The notes under the pieces were generated by a model that did no database searches, had not been told where the DNA came from, and saw nothing but the letters and a program-made list of their open reading frames with translations. DNA of 64,000 bases, from NCBI GenBank assembly GCA_963829055.1, contig CAWHHI010000020.1, positions 416,001-480,000 on the forward strand, given 5' to 3'. Shown piece by piece: positions 10,495-25,148 of this stretch. A program made the translations under genes and the position numbers. The DNA is from an uncultured Gemmatimonadaceae bacterium (lineage in GTDB: Bacteria > Gemmatimonadota > Gemmatimonadetes > Gemmatimonadales > Gemmatimonadaceae). The stretch's first letter is position 1. Every line of letters begins with the position of its first letter.

Positions 10495-12828
10495 ATGATC
10501 GAGCGAAGCATCAAGCGCCTCAGCATGCGAGCGCTTGTGGTGGACGACGAGCTCACCAGCCAGACAGCCGAAGGCCGCGCAGCGCGAGCCCTGGAGAACG
10601 AGCTGAAGAGCCGCGCCGTCGAGGTCGTGGGCGCGGCGTCCGCCGCAGACGGCACGTCCGTGATCATCTCCGACTCCGCGATCCACGCGATACTGGTGGA
10701 CTGGACGCTGGGAGACGCCAACGGGAACGGCAAGTCGCGCAACGGGCATAGCCACGACGGCGCGACGGACCTCCTCAAGCTCGTGCGCTCCCGGAATGAC
10801 AAGATCCCCATCTTCCTGATGGCCGAGCGGGGCCAGGCATCGTCGATCCCCATCGACGTGATGCAGATGGTGGACGAGTACATCTGGACGCTGGAAGACA
10901 CGGCGGCGTTCGTCGGCGGGCGTGTGGTCGCCGCCATCAAGCGCTACGTCGGGGTCATGCTTCCTCCCCTGGCCGCATCGCTCATGAAGTTCAGCCAGGA
11001 TTACGAGTATTCCTGGCACACGCCGGGGCACACGGGCGGCACCGCGTTTCTCAAGTCGCCGGTGGGGCGGATCTTCTTCGACTACTTCGGCGAGAACCTG
11101 CTGCGGTCCGACCTGTCGATCAGCGTCGGCGCGTTAGGCTCGCTGCTCGACCACACCGGCCCGATCGGCGAGCACGAGAAGTTTGCGGCGCGGGTCTTCG
11201 GCGCCCATCGGACGTACTCGGTGACCAACGGCACCTCCATGGCGAACCGCGTGATCTTCATGGCGGCGGTTGGCCGGGACCAGATCGCGTTATGCGACCG
11301 CAACTGCCACAAGTCGATCGAGCACAGCCTGGTCATGTCGGGCGGGATCCCGACGTACTTCGTTCCGCTGCGCAATCGCTACGGGATCATCGGGCCGATC
11401 CCGCCCGAACGTCTCAAGGCCGCGGCCATCAAGGCCGCCATCAAGGCCAACCCGCTGGCGCCTAACGGGGCCGACGCGCGCGCGGTGTACTCGGTGATCA
11501 CCAACTCCACCTACGACGGGCTGTGCTACAACGCGCGGCGGGTCGAGGAGCTGCTCGATCCCAGCGTCGATCGGATTCACTTCGACGAGGCGTGGTACGC
11601 CTACGCCCGCTTCAACCCGATCTACCGGGACCGCTTTGCCATGCACGGTGACCCGAAGGACCACAAAGGCCCGACGGTCTTCGCCACGCACTCCACCCAC
11701 AAGCTGCTGGCGGCACTCTCCCAGGCGTCGCTCCTGCACATCCGCGACGGGCGCAGTCCGATTCCGCATTCGCGCTTCAACGAGTCGTACATGATGCAGG
11801 CGTCCACCTCGCCGCTCTACACCATCCTCGTCTCGAACGACATCACCGCGGCGATGATGGATGGTCCCGGAGGGGCGGCACTCACCAACGAGTCCATCGA
11901 GGAAGCGGTGGCGTTTCGGCAGACCATCGGCCGCGTCCACCGCGAATTCAAGAAGAAGGGGGAGTGGTTCTTCAACACGTGGAACGCGGAGCAGGTCAGC
12001 GAGAAGAAGAACGGCAGGAAAGTCGCGTTCGCCGATGCGTCACCCGAGTTCCTCATCCGCGAGCCCGACGCCTGGGTGCTGCACCCGGGAGATACGTGGC
12101 ACGGGTTCGGCGATCTCGAGGACGGCTACTGCATGCTGGATCCGATCAAGGTGTCGATCGTGACGCCCGGCGTGGCCGAGAAGGGTGGACTCGACAAGCA
12201 AGGGATCCCGGCCACGCTCCTGACGGCGTACCTCCACCGCCGCGGGGTGGAGGTCGAGAAGACCACGGACTTCACGATTCTGTTCCTCTTCTCGATCGGC
12301 ATCACCAAGGGAAAGTGGGGGACGCTGCTCAACGCGCTGCTCGAGTTCAAGCGCGACTACGACACCAACTGCCCACTGGTCGAGGTGCTGCCGGACCTAA
12401 CGAGTGCGCACCCGGACGTCTACGGAGGGCTCGGGCTGCGCGACCTGGCGGACCGGATGTTCGCCACGCTCAAGGACACGCGGCAGACGCACTGGCTGTC
12501 CGAGGCATTCTCCACGCTCCCCGAAGCGGTGATGACGCCGAGCGCGGCGTATCAGCACCTCGTGCGAGACGAGATCGAGCACGTCGCGCTGCCGGACCTC
12601 GCCGACCGCGTGCTCGCCACGAGTCTGGTGCCCTATCCACCCGGCATTCCGATGCTGATGCCGGGCGAGGCCACCGGCCCGGACAAAGGACCGTACCTGG
12701 GGTATCTGCGCGCGCTCGCCGAGTGGGACCGACGGTTCCCGGGGTTCGGGCACGACACGCACGGCGTGGAACATCGGGATGGGGTGCAATACATCCAGTG
12801 CTTGAAGAAGACGTCACGACGCGGCTGA
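10495..12828 (+). CDS. Orn/Lys/Arg decarboxylase (AdiA/LdcI-like, copy 2), intact
   Basis: ALVVDDE wing domain, WHTPGHTGG, DRNCHKS, HFDEAW, THSTHK, PYPPGIP. Confidence 0.93.
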   Translation: MIERSIKRLSMRALVVDDELTSQTAEGRAARALENELKSRAVEVVGAASAADGTSVIISDSAIHAILVDWTLGDANGNGKSRNGHSHDGATDLLKLVRSRNDKIPIFLMAERGQASSIPIDVMQMVDEYIWTLEDTAAFVGGRVVAAIKRYVGVMLPPLAASLMKFSQDYEYSWHTPGHTGGTAFLKSPVGRIFFDYFGENLLRSDLSISVGALGSLLDHTGPIGEHEKFAARVFGAHRTYSVTNGTSMANRVIFMAAVGRDQIALCDRNCHKSIEHSLVMSGGIPTYFVPLRNRYGIIGPIPPERLKAAAIKAAIKANPLAPNGADARAVYSVITNSTYDGLCYNARRVEELLDPSVDRIHFDEAWYAYARFNPIYRDRFAMHGDPKDHKGPTVFATHSTHKLLAALSQASLLHIRDGRSPIPHSRFNESYMMQASTSPLYTILVSNDITAAMMDGPGGAALTNESIEEAVAFRQTIGRVHREFKKKGEWFFNTWNAEQVSEKKNGRKVAFADASPEFLIREPDAWVLHPGDTWHGFGDLEDGYCMLDPIKVSIVTPGVAEKGGLDKQGIPATLLTAYLHRRGVEVEKTTDFTILFLFSIGITKGKWGTLLNALLEFKRDYDTNCPLVEVLPDLTSAHPDVYGGLGLRDLADRMFATLKDTRQTHWLSEAFSTLPEAVMTPSAAYQHLVRDEIEHVALPDLADRVLATSLVPYPPGIPMLMPGEATGPDKGPYLGYLRALAEWDRRFPGFGHDTHGVEHRDGVQYIQCLKKTSRRG

Positions 12829-12835
12829 CGGAGAC

Positions 12836-13050
12836 ATGGGGACTGGGGACTGGGGACTGGGGATAACTGCAAGCTGGTTGCTGGGTGGTCGTGCTGGTTG
12901 CTGGGTGACGCTGGGTGCGGCTGCGTGCAGCGAGCAGCGCGTGGGTGACCGGGCGGTAATGGCAGCAGCGGGCAGCGTGCGGCCGCAGCATGCAGCCGTC
13001 GGCAGACAGTTCCCAGCGTGCAGCCCCAGTCCCCAGTCCCCAGTCCCCAT
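12836..13050. repeat. Inverted pair of heptamer tandem repeats (GGGGACT)n / (CCCCAGT)n
   Basis: 12836-12862 ATGGGGACTGGGGACTGGGGACTGGGG is the exact reverse complement of 13024-13050. Confidence 0.9.
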
Positions 13051-13068
13051 TCAGTCGTTAGGCATACC

Positions 13069-14444
13069 ATGGCAATGCTCCATGTCGCGATCCGGGGACG
13101 CGACCGCCGTCACCTGACGGCGCTCGGCCCCAAGCTCCGGGTCGTGGTGGTGGGCTATCGGGAGGATGCGCACGGCCTCGTCGTCGATGCGTACATCCCG
13201 GTCGGCAAGGTCGGGTGGCTCGAGCGGCACGGCTACGGCGTCACGCCGATCGAGGCGGTGGATGCGCATGACCGCACCCGCCAGGAGGAAGGGCGCACCG
13301 CCGTGGCGAGCCGGGTCAAGCGCGGCCGCTACGGCGACATCATCTGGGGAGGCGGCTACCTCACGACCGACGAAGTGGAAGCCGCGCATGGTGCTCGGAG
13401 AAAAGAACCACGCCGGCTACTTCGAGCGGATCGCGCTGCCGCACCTGACGTGGGAGAAGCGACGCTGCCACGCCCTCCGCATTGGCACGGGCGGTGCCGG
13501 CACCGGCCGCCGGCCCGCCGTCTGCTTCGTGGCCGGCGTGCACGGACGGGAATGGGGTGGCCCCGACATCCTCGTCTACTTCGCGATGCGACTGCTGCGC
13601 GCCTACCGCGACGGGAAAGGCGTTAGGCTCGGCGGCAAGCGCTTCACCGCGGCGCAGATCCGCGGGATCGTCGACGGGCCTCGACATCATCCTGCTGCCC
13701 CAGGTGAATCCCGATGGCCGGCACTTCAGCATGGAGCGGCACCCGATGTGGCGGAAGAATCGGCGGCCGGCGCCGCGCGGCCGCGGCGCCAAGTGCATTG
13801 GGGTGGACCTCAATCGGAACTTCCCGTTCCTGTGGCGCTTCGATCGGCACTTCGCGCCGGACACCGTGCAGAGCACGTTCAACCCGGCAGACTACGAGAC
13901 CTACGTCGGTCCGCGCGCGGCGTCCGAGCCGGAGACACGCAACGTGATCTGGCTGCTGGATCGCTTTCCCAACATCCGCTACTACGTCGACCTGCACAGC
14001 TACGGCGAGACCATTCTCCATAGTTGGGGCAGCGATGAGAACCAGTCGCGGAATCCGCGCATGAGCTTCCGGAACTCGGCGTACGACGGAACGCGGGGCC
14101 AGATCCACGACGACGTGTACCGCGAGTACGTGCCGGCCGCGGATGAGAAGGAGGCGCAGCGGATGGGACGACACATGGCTGCGTCCATCCGGCTCGTCCG
14201 TGGGCCGCGACTACAAGGTGAAGCAATCCGTCGGACTGTACCCGACGGCGGGCGCTTCGGACGACTACGCGTACAGTCGCCACCTGGTGAATCGCAAGCG
14301 AAGGGGAAGATCATTGCCTTCACCATCGAGTGGGGCCGCAGCCACGCGTCCACGCCGTTCCACCCGCCGTACCCGGAGATGCGCAAGGTCATGCGTGACG
14401 TGACCGCGGGGCTGCTCGCGATGTGCCTTCACGCGCTGCGGTAG
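13069..14444 (+). CDS. M14-family zinc carboxypeptidase, frameshifted
   Basis: HGREW, PQVNPDG, WRKNRR, GVDLNRNF, SEPET, DLHSYG, GASDDY and FTIE, spread over several frames. Confidence 0.85.
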
Positions 14445-14578
14445 CAGAAGGACGGCGTACGAAGGCCCAATTGTCCGCCGCCGCGGGCCGATTGTGCGGA
14501 AGCTGGCCATCGGCCGATCGTGCAGCGACGATCGACCCCGCAGACGAGTGCGATCACCCAGTCCGGGAGAACCAAGCA

Positions 14579-15240
14579 ATGTCCGACGTGTCAGCCCTAC
14601 TCGAGCGAATCGATGCCGAGTTCTCCGCTCTCGACGGCAAGATCAAGCGGGCGCAGGGCGAGAAACTGCAGGAGCACAGGATCGGCAGCAACGTCTGACA
14701 ACGTTCAAGAGGGAATTGGATACGTTGCCCGACGTCTGGAGGCCTCGCCTGGAGGCGCTGATTCAGCGCTTCGGGGACAACGCCAAGGTGACTCCGCGCC
14801 TCGAGTCGACCAGTCGCGCGGTCGACGCATGAATTTCGAGTCGGAGCTGGCGCGCATCCACCTGCGGCTTTCGGCAACCATCGATCAGGACGTTCGCAAT
14901 CTCGTCCTGATCTACGATCTGGAGATCCTGCCCGCCCTCATGCAATTCGATTCGCATGCGCAGGCCAGTGGCCCCTCGATGCCATCGATCGCAAGGCGAT
15001 TGGGCACTGGGTCGATGACCGGATCGTCTCGTTCGTCAAGACGTATTTGTCACTGCACGAGAACGAGTACTACCTGAAGGAGCACATGGTCGAGCGATCC
15101 GGTGGCGGGCGTGCGATTTCCGAAGTTACGCGGCAGCCGCGACGCTCGACTGTGGGTGGAAAGACCTACTACTTCATCGGCGACGATACCCGTCGTGAGT
15201 TCGAGGCGAAGCAGCAGGAGTGTCCTCGGGACTCGCCTAA
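14579..15240 (+). CDS. YHS-like domain protein, frameshifted; end approximate
   Basis: MSDVSALLERIDAEF...YDLEILP...LHENEYYLKEHMV-DPVAGVRFPK...GKTYYFIGDDTRREF. Confidence 0.6.
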
Positions 15241-15290
15241 CGATTCACGCTTGCTGGAGCGCCGGGAACCCGCGCGCTCGAGGCATTCGC

Positions 15291-16706
15291 ATGGGCGATC
15301 CGGCAAGGAAGATGACGCTGCTGCAGGCCACGATGCTGGTGGCCGGCAACATGATCGGCACGGGCGTCTTCCTGCTCCCCGTCAATCTCGCGTCCGTCGG
15401 CGGCATCGCCGTCTTCGGCTGGATCGTGGCGACCGCCGGCGCCGCCGCGTTAGGCCTGATCTTCGCCAAGCTCGGAGAGCTGGACCCACAGGAAGGCGGG
15501 CCGTACGCCTACGCCCGGGACTTTCTCGGGCCCTACGTCGGGTTTCAGACCAACTACATCTACTGGTTCGGCAACTGGATCGGAAACATCGCGATCGCGG
15601 TGGCCGCGGTCGGCTACCTGGCGGAGTTCATCCCGGGGGTCGGCACGCCGCCCGCGAGCGTGTTCGCCACCGCCGCCGTGATCTGGATTCTCACGTTCGC
15701 GAACATCCTCGGGACCGCGCGTCATCGGCGCGCTCGAGACGTGGACGATGAGCCTGGCGCTCATTCCGATCCTCGGGATCGCGTTTCTGGGGTGGCTCTG
15801 GTTCAGTCCCGACACGTTTCGCGACGGCTGGAATGTCAGCGGCGGATCCAACGCCCATGCCATCTCGCGCGCGGCGTCGATGGCGCTGTGGGCGTACATG
15901 GGCATCGAGAGCGCGGCCGTGTCCGCCGGCGTCATCGAGAACCCGAAGCGCAACATCCCGCTCGCCACAATGATCGGCCTCGGCCTCGCGGCGGTGGTGT
16001 ACGTGCTGAGCTCGACGGTGATCATGGGCATCATCCCGAACGCCGAGCTCCAGAAGTCGCACGCTCCGTTCGCCGAGGCGGCGCGGATCGCGTTCGGGAC
16101 GCCGGGCGTGGTGATCGTGTCGCTCTGCGCGATCCTCAAGTCCGTCGGATCACTCGGCGGGTGGATGATGCTGGTGGGCCAGTCCGCGAAGGCCGCGGCG
16201 TCCGACGGCATGTTCCCGGCGGTGTTCGGGCGGGTCAACCGCCACGGCGTGCCCGGCGTGGGCCTAACGATTGTCGGCGTGCTCATGACGATCGTGCTCT
16301 TCGCCACGATGTCACCGACGATCGCCGACCAGTTCAGCACGATCGTGGACCTCGCCGTGATCCTCGCCGTCATTCCGTACGTCTATGCGTCGGTGGCGGT
16401 GGTGAAGGTGATTTTCGATCACCACCTGCCGGCGCGCACGTTCCAGACCTACAAGTGGATCGCCATCGCCGCGGTGATCTACTGCCTCTGGACCGTGCTG
16501 GGCGGCGATCCGTCGACGGTCGTGTACGCCATGGTGGCTCTCCTCGCCAGCGTGCCGCTCTATCCGTTCTTCATCGGTCGATGGAGGCGGCGTCGGAGCG
16601 CAAACGCGACCGGCAAGCGGTCACCGGAGCCTGTATCGCTCGCTCGGGGACGAGCGGCCGACGGTCACGGCGCCAGGCGGTCCCGGCCGCACCGCAGCGC
16701 GCCTAA
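15291..16706 (+). CDS. APC basic amino acid/polyamine antiporter (AdiC/CadB-like), frameshifted
   Basis: [54 protein letters not shown]. Confidence 0.85.
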   Translation: MGDPARKMTLLQATMLVAGNMIGTGVFLLPVNLASVGGIAVFGWIVATAGAAALGLIFAKLGELDPQEGGPYAYARDFLGPYVGFQTNYIYWFGNWIGNIAIAVAAVGYLAEFIPGVGTPPASVFATAAVIWILTFANILGTARHRRARDVDDEPGAHSDPRDRVSGVALVQSRHVSRRLECQRRIQRPCHLARGVDGAVGVHGHRERGRVRRRHREPEAQHPARHNDRPRPRGGGVRAELDGDHGHHPERRAPEVARSVRRGGADRVRDAGRGDRVALRDPQVRRITRRVDDAGGPVREGRGVRRHVPGGVRAGQPPRRARRGPNDCRRAHDDRALRHDVTDDRRPVQHDRGPRRDPRRHSVRLCVGGGGEGDFRSPPAGAHVPDLQVDRHRRGDLLPLDRAGRRSVDGRVRHGGSPRQRAALSVLHRSMEAASERKRDRQAVTGACIARSGTSGRRSRRQAVPAAPQRA

Positions 16707-16746
16707 CGATACCGAAGTCTCCACCACAGCCACCGGAGCGTGCGTC

Positions 16747-19506
16747 ATGGACGCCGAACGTGCACGCCTCGAGGAGGCTCGCGACTCAGAAGACCCCCTG
16801 GAAGAAATGGGGACCCTATCTCAGCGAGCGTCAGTGGGGCACGGTCCGCGAGGACTACAGTGAATCGGGTGATGCGTGGAATTATTTCAGTCACGATCAC
16901 GCCCGCTCCCGCGCCTACCGTTGGGGAGAGGACGGGCTCGCCGGAATCTCCGACGACCGGCAGCTGCTCTGTTTCGGCATCACGCTGTGGAACGGGCAGG
17001 ACCCCATCCTGAAGGAGCGGCTCTTCGGACTGACGAACAGCGAGGGCAATCACGGCGAGGACGTGAAGGAGTACTACTTCTATCTCGACTCCACGCCCAC
17101 GCACTCGTACATGAAGTACCTCTACAAGTATCCCCATGCCGCGTACCCGTACGCGGACCTCATCCGCACGAATGGCGCGCGAGGCCGTGGCGACCCGGAG
17201 TACGAGCTGCTCGATACGGGCGTCTTCGATCAGGACCGCTACTTCGACGTATTCGTCGAGTATGCCAAGGCCGCACCGGAAGACATCCTCATCCAGATCA
17301 CCGTCCATAACCGCGGACCTACGGCGGCGACGCATTCATCTGCTCCCGACGCTGTGGTTCCGTAACAGCTGGTCCTGGAGCGACGACGCCGTTCGCCCCC
17401 GGCTGCATCAGTCGGCACCGGGAGTCGTCGCGGCCTCTCATCCGGAGCTCGGCGACCGATTCCTTCACGCCGACGGCAACGCCACGCTGCTCTTCACGGA
17501 GAACGAGACCAACACCGAACGGCTGGTCAACACGCCTAACCGCACGCCCTACGTCAAGGACGCGTTCCACCAATACCTCATCAGCGGGCGCACGGCCGCG
17601 GTGAATCCGGAACACACCGGGACGAAGGCAGCCGCGCACTATCGGCTGGAAGTCGCTGCCGGTGGCCTCGCGGTGGTGCGGCTCAGGCTGAGCGACACGA
17701 CACCAGCCGCGTCGGACGCCCGGAGGCCGCAAGCCCGCGACGTCATTCGGCAAGGATTTCGACACCGCATTTTCGCGCCGCCGAAAGGAAGCGGACGAGT
17801 TCTACGCGTCGGTCATCCCGCCGTCGCTCAACGAGGACCAGGCGAACGTCATGCGGCAGGCGATCGCCGGCATGCTCTGGTCGAAGCAGTTCTTCCACTT
17901 CGATGTCAACCAATGGCTGCAGGAGCGCGGCCGCGCCCGCGTTCAAGGCCGGCGAGCACGAGGTTCGCAACGCGCACTGGCACCACATGGCCAACGCCGA
18001 CGTCATCTCGATGCCGGACAAGTGGGAGTACCCGTGGTTTGCGGCATGGGACCTGGCCTTCCACACGCTGGCGTTGTCGCTCGTGGATCCGGACTTCGGC
18101 AAGCAGCAGCTGGACCTCATGCTGCACTCCCGGTACCTGCATCCCAACGGTCAGCTGCCCGCGTACGAGTGGAACTTCGGCGACGTGAATCCACCGGTGC
18201 ATGCGTGGGCGACGATCTTCACGTATCGCCTCGAGAAGGCCGCGAAGGGACAGGGCGACATCGAGTGGCTCGAACGCGCCTTCCACAAGCTGATGCTCAA
18301 CTTCACGTGGTGGGTGAATCGAAAGGACCGTTCCGGCAGCAACGTGTTCGAGGGCGGCTTCCTCGGACTGGATAACATCGGCGTGTTCGATCGCAGCGCA
18401 CCGCTTCCGACCGGCGGATATCTGGAGCAGGCCGACGGCACGGCCTGGATGGCGCTGTTCTGTCAGAACCTGCTCGAGATAGCGGTGGAGCTCAGCGAGA
18501 CCCGGCCGGCCTACATCGGTCTCGTCGAGAAGTTCGTCGAGCATGCCCTGCTGGATTACTTCCTCGATGCTCAATGTCGGCGATGGGCGGCATGTGGGAC
18601 GAGGAGGACGGGTTCTTCTACGATGTCCTGCGGCTGCCGAACGGCCAGGCGCAGCGACTCAAGGTCCGGTCCATGGTCGGGTTGCTTCCGCTGTGCGCCG
18701 TCACCGTTTTCGAGGGCGAGCTCAGGAAGAAGTCCCCCGAGGTCAACCAATCGCCTGCGCGAGTTCCTGATGGCTCGGCCAGAGCTGAGGGCCTTCATCC
18801 ACGACCCGGTCAAGACTCGGCAAGGGTGGCCGCTCGATGAGCGCGCCGCTCAACGAAGACAAGCTTCGCCGAGTGCTGACGCGGATGCTCGATGAGAAGG
18901 AGTTCCTGAGCCCGTACGGCATTCGCGCGCTGTCGCGCTATCATGCCGAGCACCCGTTCGTGCTTCATGTGGAAGGCCAGGAGTATGCCGTCTCGTACCT
19001 CCCGGCCGAATCCGACACCGGCATGTTCGGCGGCAACTCGAACTGGCGCGGGACCGATCTGGATGCCGGTGAACGCGCTGATCATTCGCGCGCTGCTCCA
19101 GTATCACCTGTACTACGGCGACGACTTCACCATCGAATGCCCGACGGGCTCCGGTCGCACGATGAACCTGTATCAGGTGGCCGAGGAGATCGGGCGGCGC
19201 CTAACGAGCATTTTCCTGTTCGATCGTGAGGGCCGCCGGCCGGTGTATGGGGGGATCACGAAGTTTCAGGAGGACCCGCACTGGCGCGAGCATATTCTCT
19301 TCTACGAGTACTTCCACGGAGACAACGGCATGGGGATCGGCGCCAGCCATCAGACCGGATGGACCGGGGTCGTCGCCCGCATCATGCACCTGTTTGCCAC
19401 GACGACGTCGGAGCAGGCGCTCGAGATGGGCAAGGCTGCGGCATTCCACGAAGTCGAGCCGCTCGAGACCGGCGATAGCTGGTGGCGCGACCGTACCGGA
19501 TCGTGA
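16747..19506 (+). CDS. GH63 / MGH1-like glucosidase, multiply frameshifted
   Basis: [72 protein letters not shown]. Confidence 0.88.
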
Positions 19507-19760
19507 CACCGGGATCGGCATCGCGTTAGGGCCAGCCTTAACAGACAGCGGGACGCAGAATGACGCAGACCGCCCGCTGGCGCGGACGGACGCGGATTGA
19601 CGCGACGGCTCCGCGTCAGGACCGCTGCGCAACGACGCCTGATTTGACGCGAGCTGTCCTCGCGGACTGGCTCTGAATGAACGTCTGAGCAGCCTTGCGC
19701 CTGCCGCGTCCATCGGCCAGCGATCGGAATGTGATCGACCGCCGTCGGCGACGGAATCGG

Positions 19761-20414
19761 TCACCAGGAACCGCGCCGACCTCGCCCTACCGCAGCGGCA
19801 CCGCGTGCCCGTGAAGCGATCGACCGTGTCCGACCAGCAGTGAAGTCGAGCATGCCCTGCCAGTAGTCGCGCCCCATGGCGACGATCGGGAAGTGTCGAA
19901 TCTTCCCCGTCTGGACGAGCGTGACCGTCTCGAAGATCTCATCGAGCGTCCCGTACCCGCCCGGCATGAGCACGAAGGCGCTGGAGTATTTCACCAGCAT
20001 GACCTTGCGGACGAAGAAGTAGTCGAAGCTCACGACGCGATCGAGGTACGGATTCGGCTGCTGCTCGTGCGGGAGGATGATGTTGCATCCGACGCTCAGT
20101 CCGCCGCCCTCACGCGCGCCCCGGTTCGCGGCCTCCATGATCCCCGGGCCGCCTCCGGTCACGACGGTGTAACCGTGCCGCGCCAGCTCGCGGCCCAGCT
20201 CGCGCGCGAGCTTGTAGTACCGATGAGTCTCATCGAAGCGCGCGGAGCCGAACACGGTCACGGCCTGTCCGAATGTCGTACAATGTCCGACATCCGGTCA
20301 CGAACTCCTGGAACATCCGGAACGCGCGATCGAAGTCGACGCAGCAGGTCGTCGCTCCGGCTCAGGAGCGCCTCGTCTCGGCAGCGCGGAGCCGACTCGA
20401 GCGGTCTCGATCAT
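19761..20414 (-). CDS. LOG-family (TIGR00730-type) protein; N-terminus in a shifted frame
   Basis: [40 protein letters not shown]. Confidence 0.88.
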
Positions 20415-20523
20415 GCTGTGCCTCGTGGGACTTTCATTCAATTGCAACGCTCTGCCGAGCGCGGCCAAAGTCAATGGACCGTTCGTAGCGCCCGGCAGAA
20501 TACACGGCCACGGAGTGAATCGT

Positions 20524-22971
20524 ATGACCCAGACAATCCACGAAGCGGCCGCCCGCACGCGCGAGCCGCTCTCTCCGACACGGAAGCTTCGGCAAGCTCG
20601 ATGCGCTGTGGCGCGCGTCGAACTATCTGTCGGTTGGCCAGATCTACCTGCTGGACAATCCGCTCCTCCGCCAGCCGCTCAACGCGGGAACACATCAAGC
20701 CGCGGCTGTTGGGGCACTGGGGCACCACGCCGGGTCTCAACTTCATCTACGCGCACCTGAACCGCGTGATCAAGAAGTACGACGCGGACATGATCTACAT
20801 CATCGGCCCGGGGCACGGCGGCCCGGCGCTGGTCGCGCACGCGTACCTCGAGGGGACCTACAGCGAGGTCTACCCGAACATCAGCCAGGACGAAGAGGGG
20901 ATGAAGCGCCTCTTCAAGCAGTTCAGCTTCCCGGGCGGCATCCCCAGCCACGTCGCTCCCGAAACACCCGGGTCGATCCACGAAGGCGGCGAGCTCGGGT
21001 ACGCGCTGTCGCACGCGTTCGGCGCCGCCTTCGACAATCCGGATCTGATCGTGGCCTGCGTCATCGGCGACGGCGAAGCCGAGACCGGTCCGCTGGCCAC
21101 CGGCTGGCACGGCAACAAGTTCCTGAACCCGGCGCGCGACGGCTGCGTGCTGCCCATCCTGCATCTCAACGGCTACAAGATCGCCAACCCCTGCTTCCTC
21201 GACCGCATTCCGAGGGAGGAGCTCACCAAGCTGCTCGAGGGATACGGCTACGAGCCGTACTACGTCGAGGGCCACGAGCCTAACGCGATCCACCGGCAGA
21301 TGGCGGCAGACGCTCGACGCCGTCATGGCGGACATCCGGCGCATCCAGGCCGACGCGCGTGAGCGATGGCGTTAGGCAGCGGCCGATCTGGCCAATGATC
21401 GTGCTGCGCACGCCGAAGGGCTGGACCTGCCCCACGCGAGATCGACGGCAAGCTCTGCGAGGGTTACTGGCGCAGCCACCAGGTGCCGATGGGCGACATG
21501 GACAAGCCGTCGCACATCGAGATCCTGGAGCAGTGGATGCGGAGCTACCGCCCCGAGGAGCTGTTCGACGAGGCGGGCACGCTCGTGCCCGAGCTGGCGG
21601 AGCTCGCGCCGAACGGCGAGCGGCGGATGAGCGCCAACCCTCACGCGAACGGCGGCCTCAAGCTCAAGGACCTGCGTCTGCCCGACTTCCGCAAATACGC
21701 GGTCGACGTCAAGAAGCCGGGCGCAGCAACGGCCGAGTCGACGCGGGTTCAGGGGAAGTACCTGCGGGACGTGATGAAGCTCAATCTGGACCAGCAGAAC
21801 TTCCGCGTCTTCAGCCCCGACGAGAACAACTCCAATCGCTGGCAGGACATCCTCGAGGTCACCAACCGGTGCTTCATGGCCGAGATCCGTCCGGAGGACG
21901 ATCACCTCGCACCGGACGGCCGCGTGATGGAGGTCCTGTCGGAGCATCAATGCCAGGGCTGGCTCGAAGGCTATCTGCTCACCGGACGGCACGGCTTCTT
22001 CAGCTGCTACGAGGCGTTCATCCACATCATCGACTCGATGTTCAACCAGCACGCGAAGTGGTTGAAGGTGTGCAGTCACATCCCGTGGAGACGGCCGATC
22101 GCGTCGCTCAACTACCTGTTGAGCTCCCACGTCTGGCGTCAGGATCACAACGGCTTCAGCCACCAGGATCCGGGCTTCATCGATCACGTGATCAACAAGA
22201 AGGCGGAGGTGATCCGGGTCTACCTGCCGCCCGACGCGAACACGCTGCTGTCGGTGACGGATCACTGCCTGAAGAGCCGCAACTACGTCAACGTCGTCGT
22301 CGCCGGGAAGCAGCCCGCGCCGCAGTGGCTGACCATGGACCAGGCGATCAAGCACTGCACCGCGGGCATCGGGATCTGGGAGTGGGCCAGCAACGACCAG
22401 GGGAGCGAGCCGGACGTGGTCATGGGATGCTGCGGCGACGTTCCGACGCTCGAGACGCTGGCCGCCGTGCAGCTGATGCGGCACCATCTGCCGGAGCTCA
22501 AGGTCCGCGTGATCAACGTGGTGGACCTCATGCGCCTGCAGTCGGCGGAGGAGCATCCGCACGGGCTGACCGACAAGGAGTTCGATGTCCTGTTCACGAA
22601 GGACAAGCCGATCGTCTTCGCGTTCCACGGGTACCCGTCGCTGATCCACCGCCTAACGTATCGCCGGACCAACCACCGGAACCTCCACGTGCGCGGCTAC
22701 AAGGAGGAAGGCACGACGACGACGCCGTTCGACATGGTCGTGCTGAACGAGCTCGATCGCTTCCACCTCGTGCGAGGACGTGATCGACCGCGTGCCGCAG
22801 CTCGGGGCGCGAGCGGCGTACTTCAAGCAGGCGATCCGCGACAAGCTGATCGAGCACCGGCAGTACATCGAGACGCACGGCGACGACATGCCGGAAATTA
22901 CCGGGTGGCGCTGGGCGGACGACAAGTCGAAGCCCGCGCGTGGCACCTCGACCGAAGGCGACAACGTGTAA
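20524..22971 (+). CDS. xfp: Phosphoketolase (XFP), frameshifted
   Basis: [74 protein letters not shown]. Confidence 0.93.
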
Positions 22972-22975
22972 GGCG

Positions 22976-25115
<2,140 letters not shown>

Positions 25116-25148
25116 ACGAATGGCACACGCCACGGAAGTGGAGGTCGT

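Noticed and set aside
12836..13050. CRISPR array or the ORFs MGTGDWGLG...
   Set aside because: There is no repeat-spacer structure and no cas gene; the ORFs are translations of the heptamer repeats.
19510..19760. Possible xfp 5' ghost (ATGACGCAGACC...) or small gene after the glucosidase
   Set aside because: Similarity is limited to a few codons and is not supportable.
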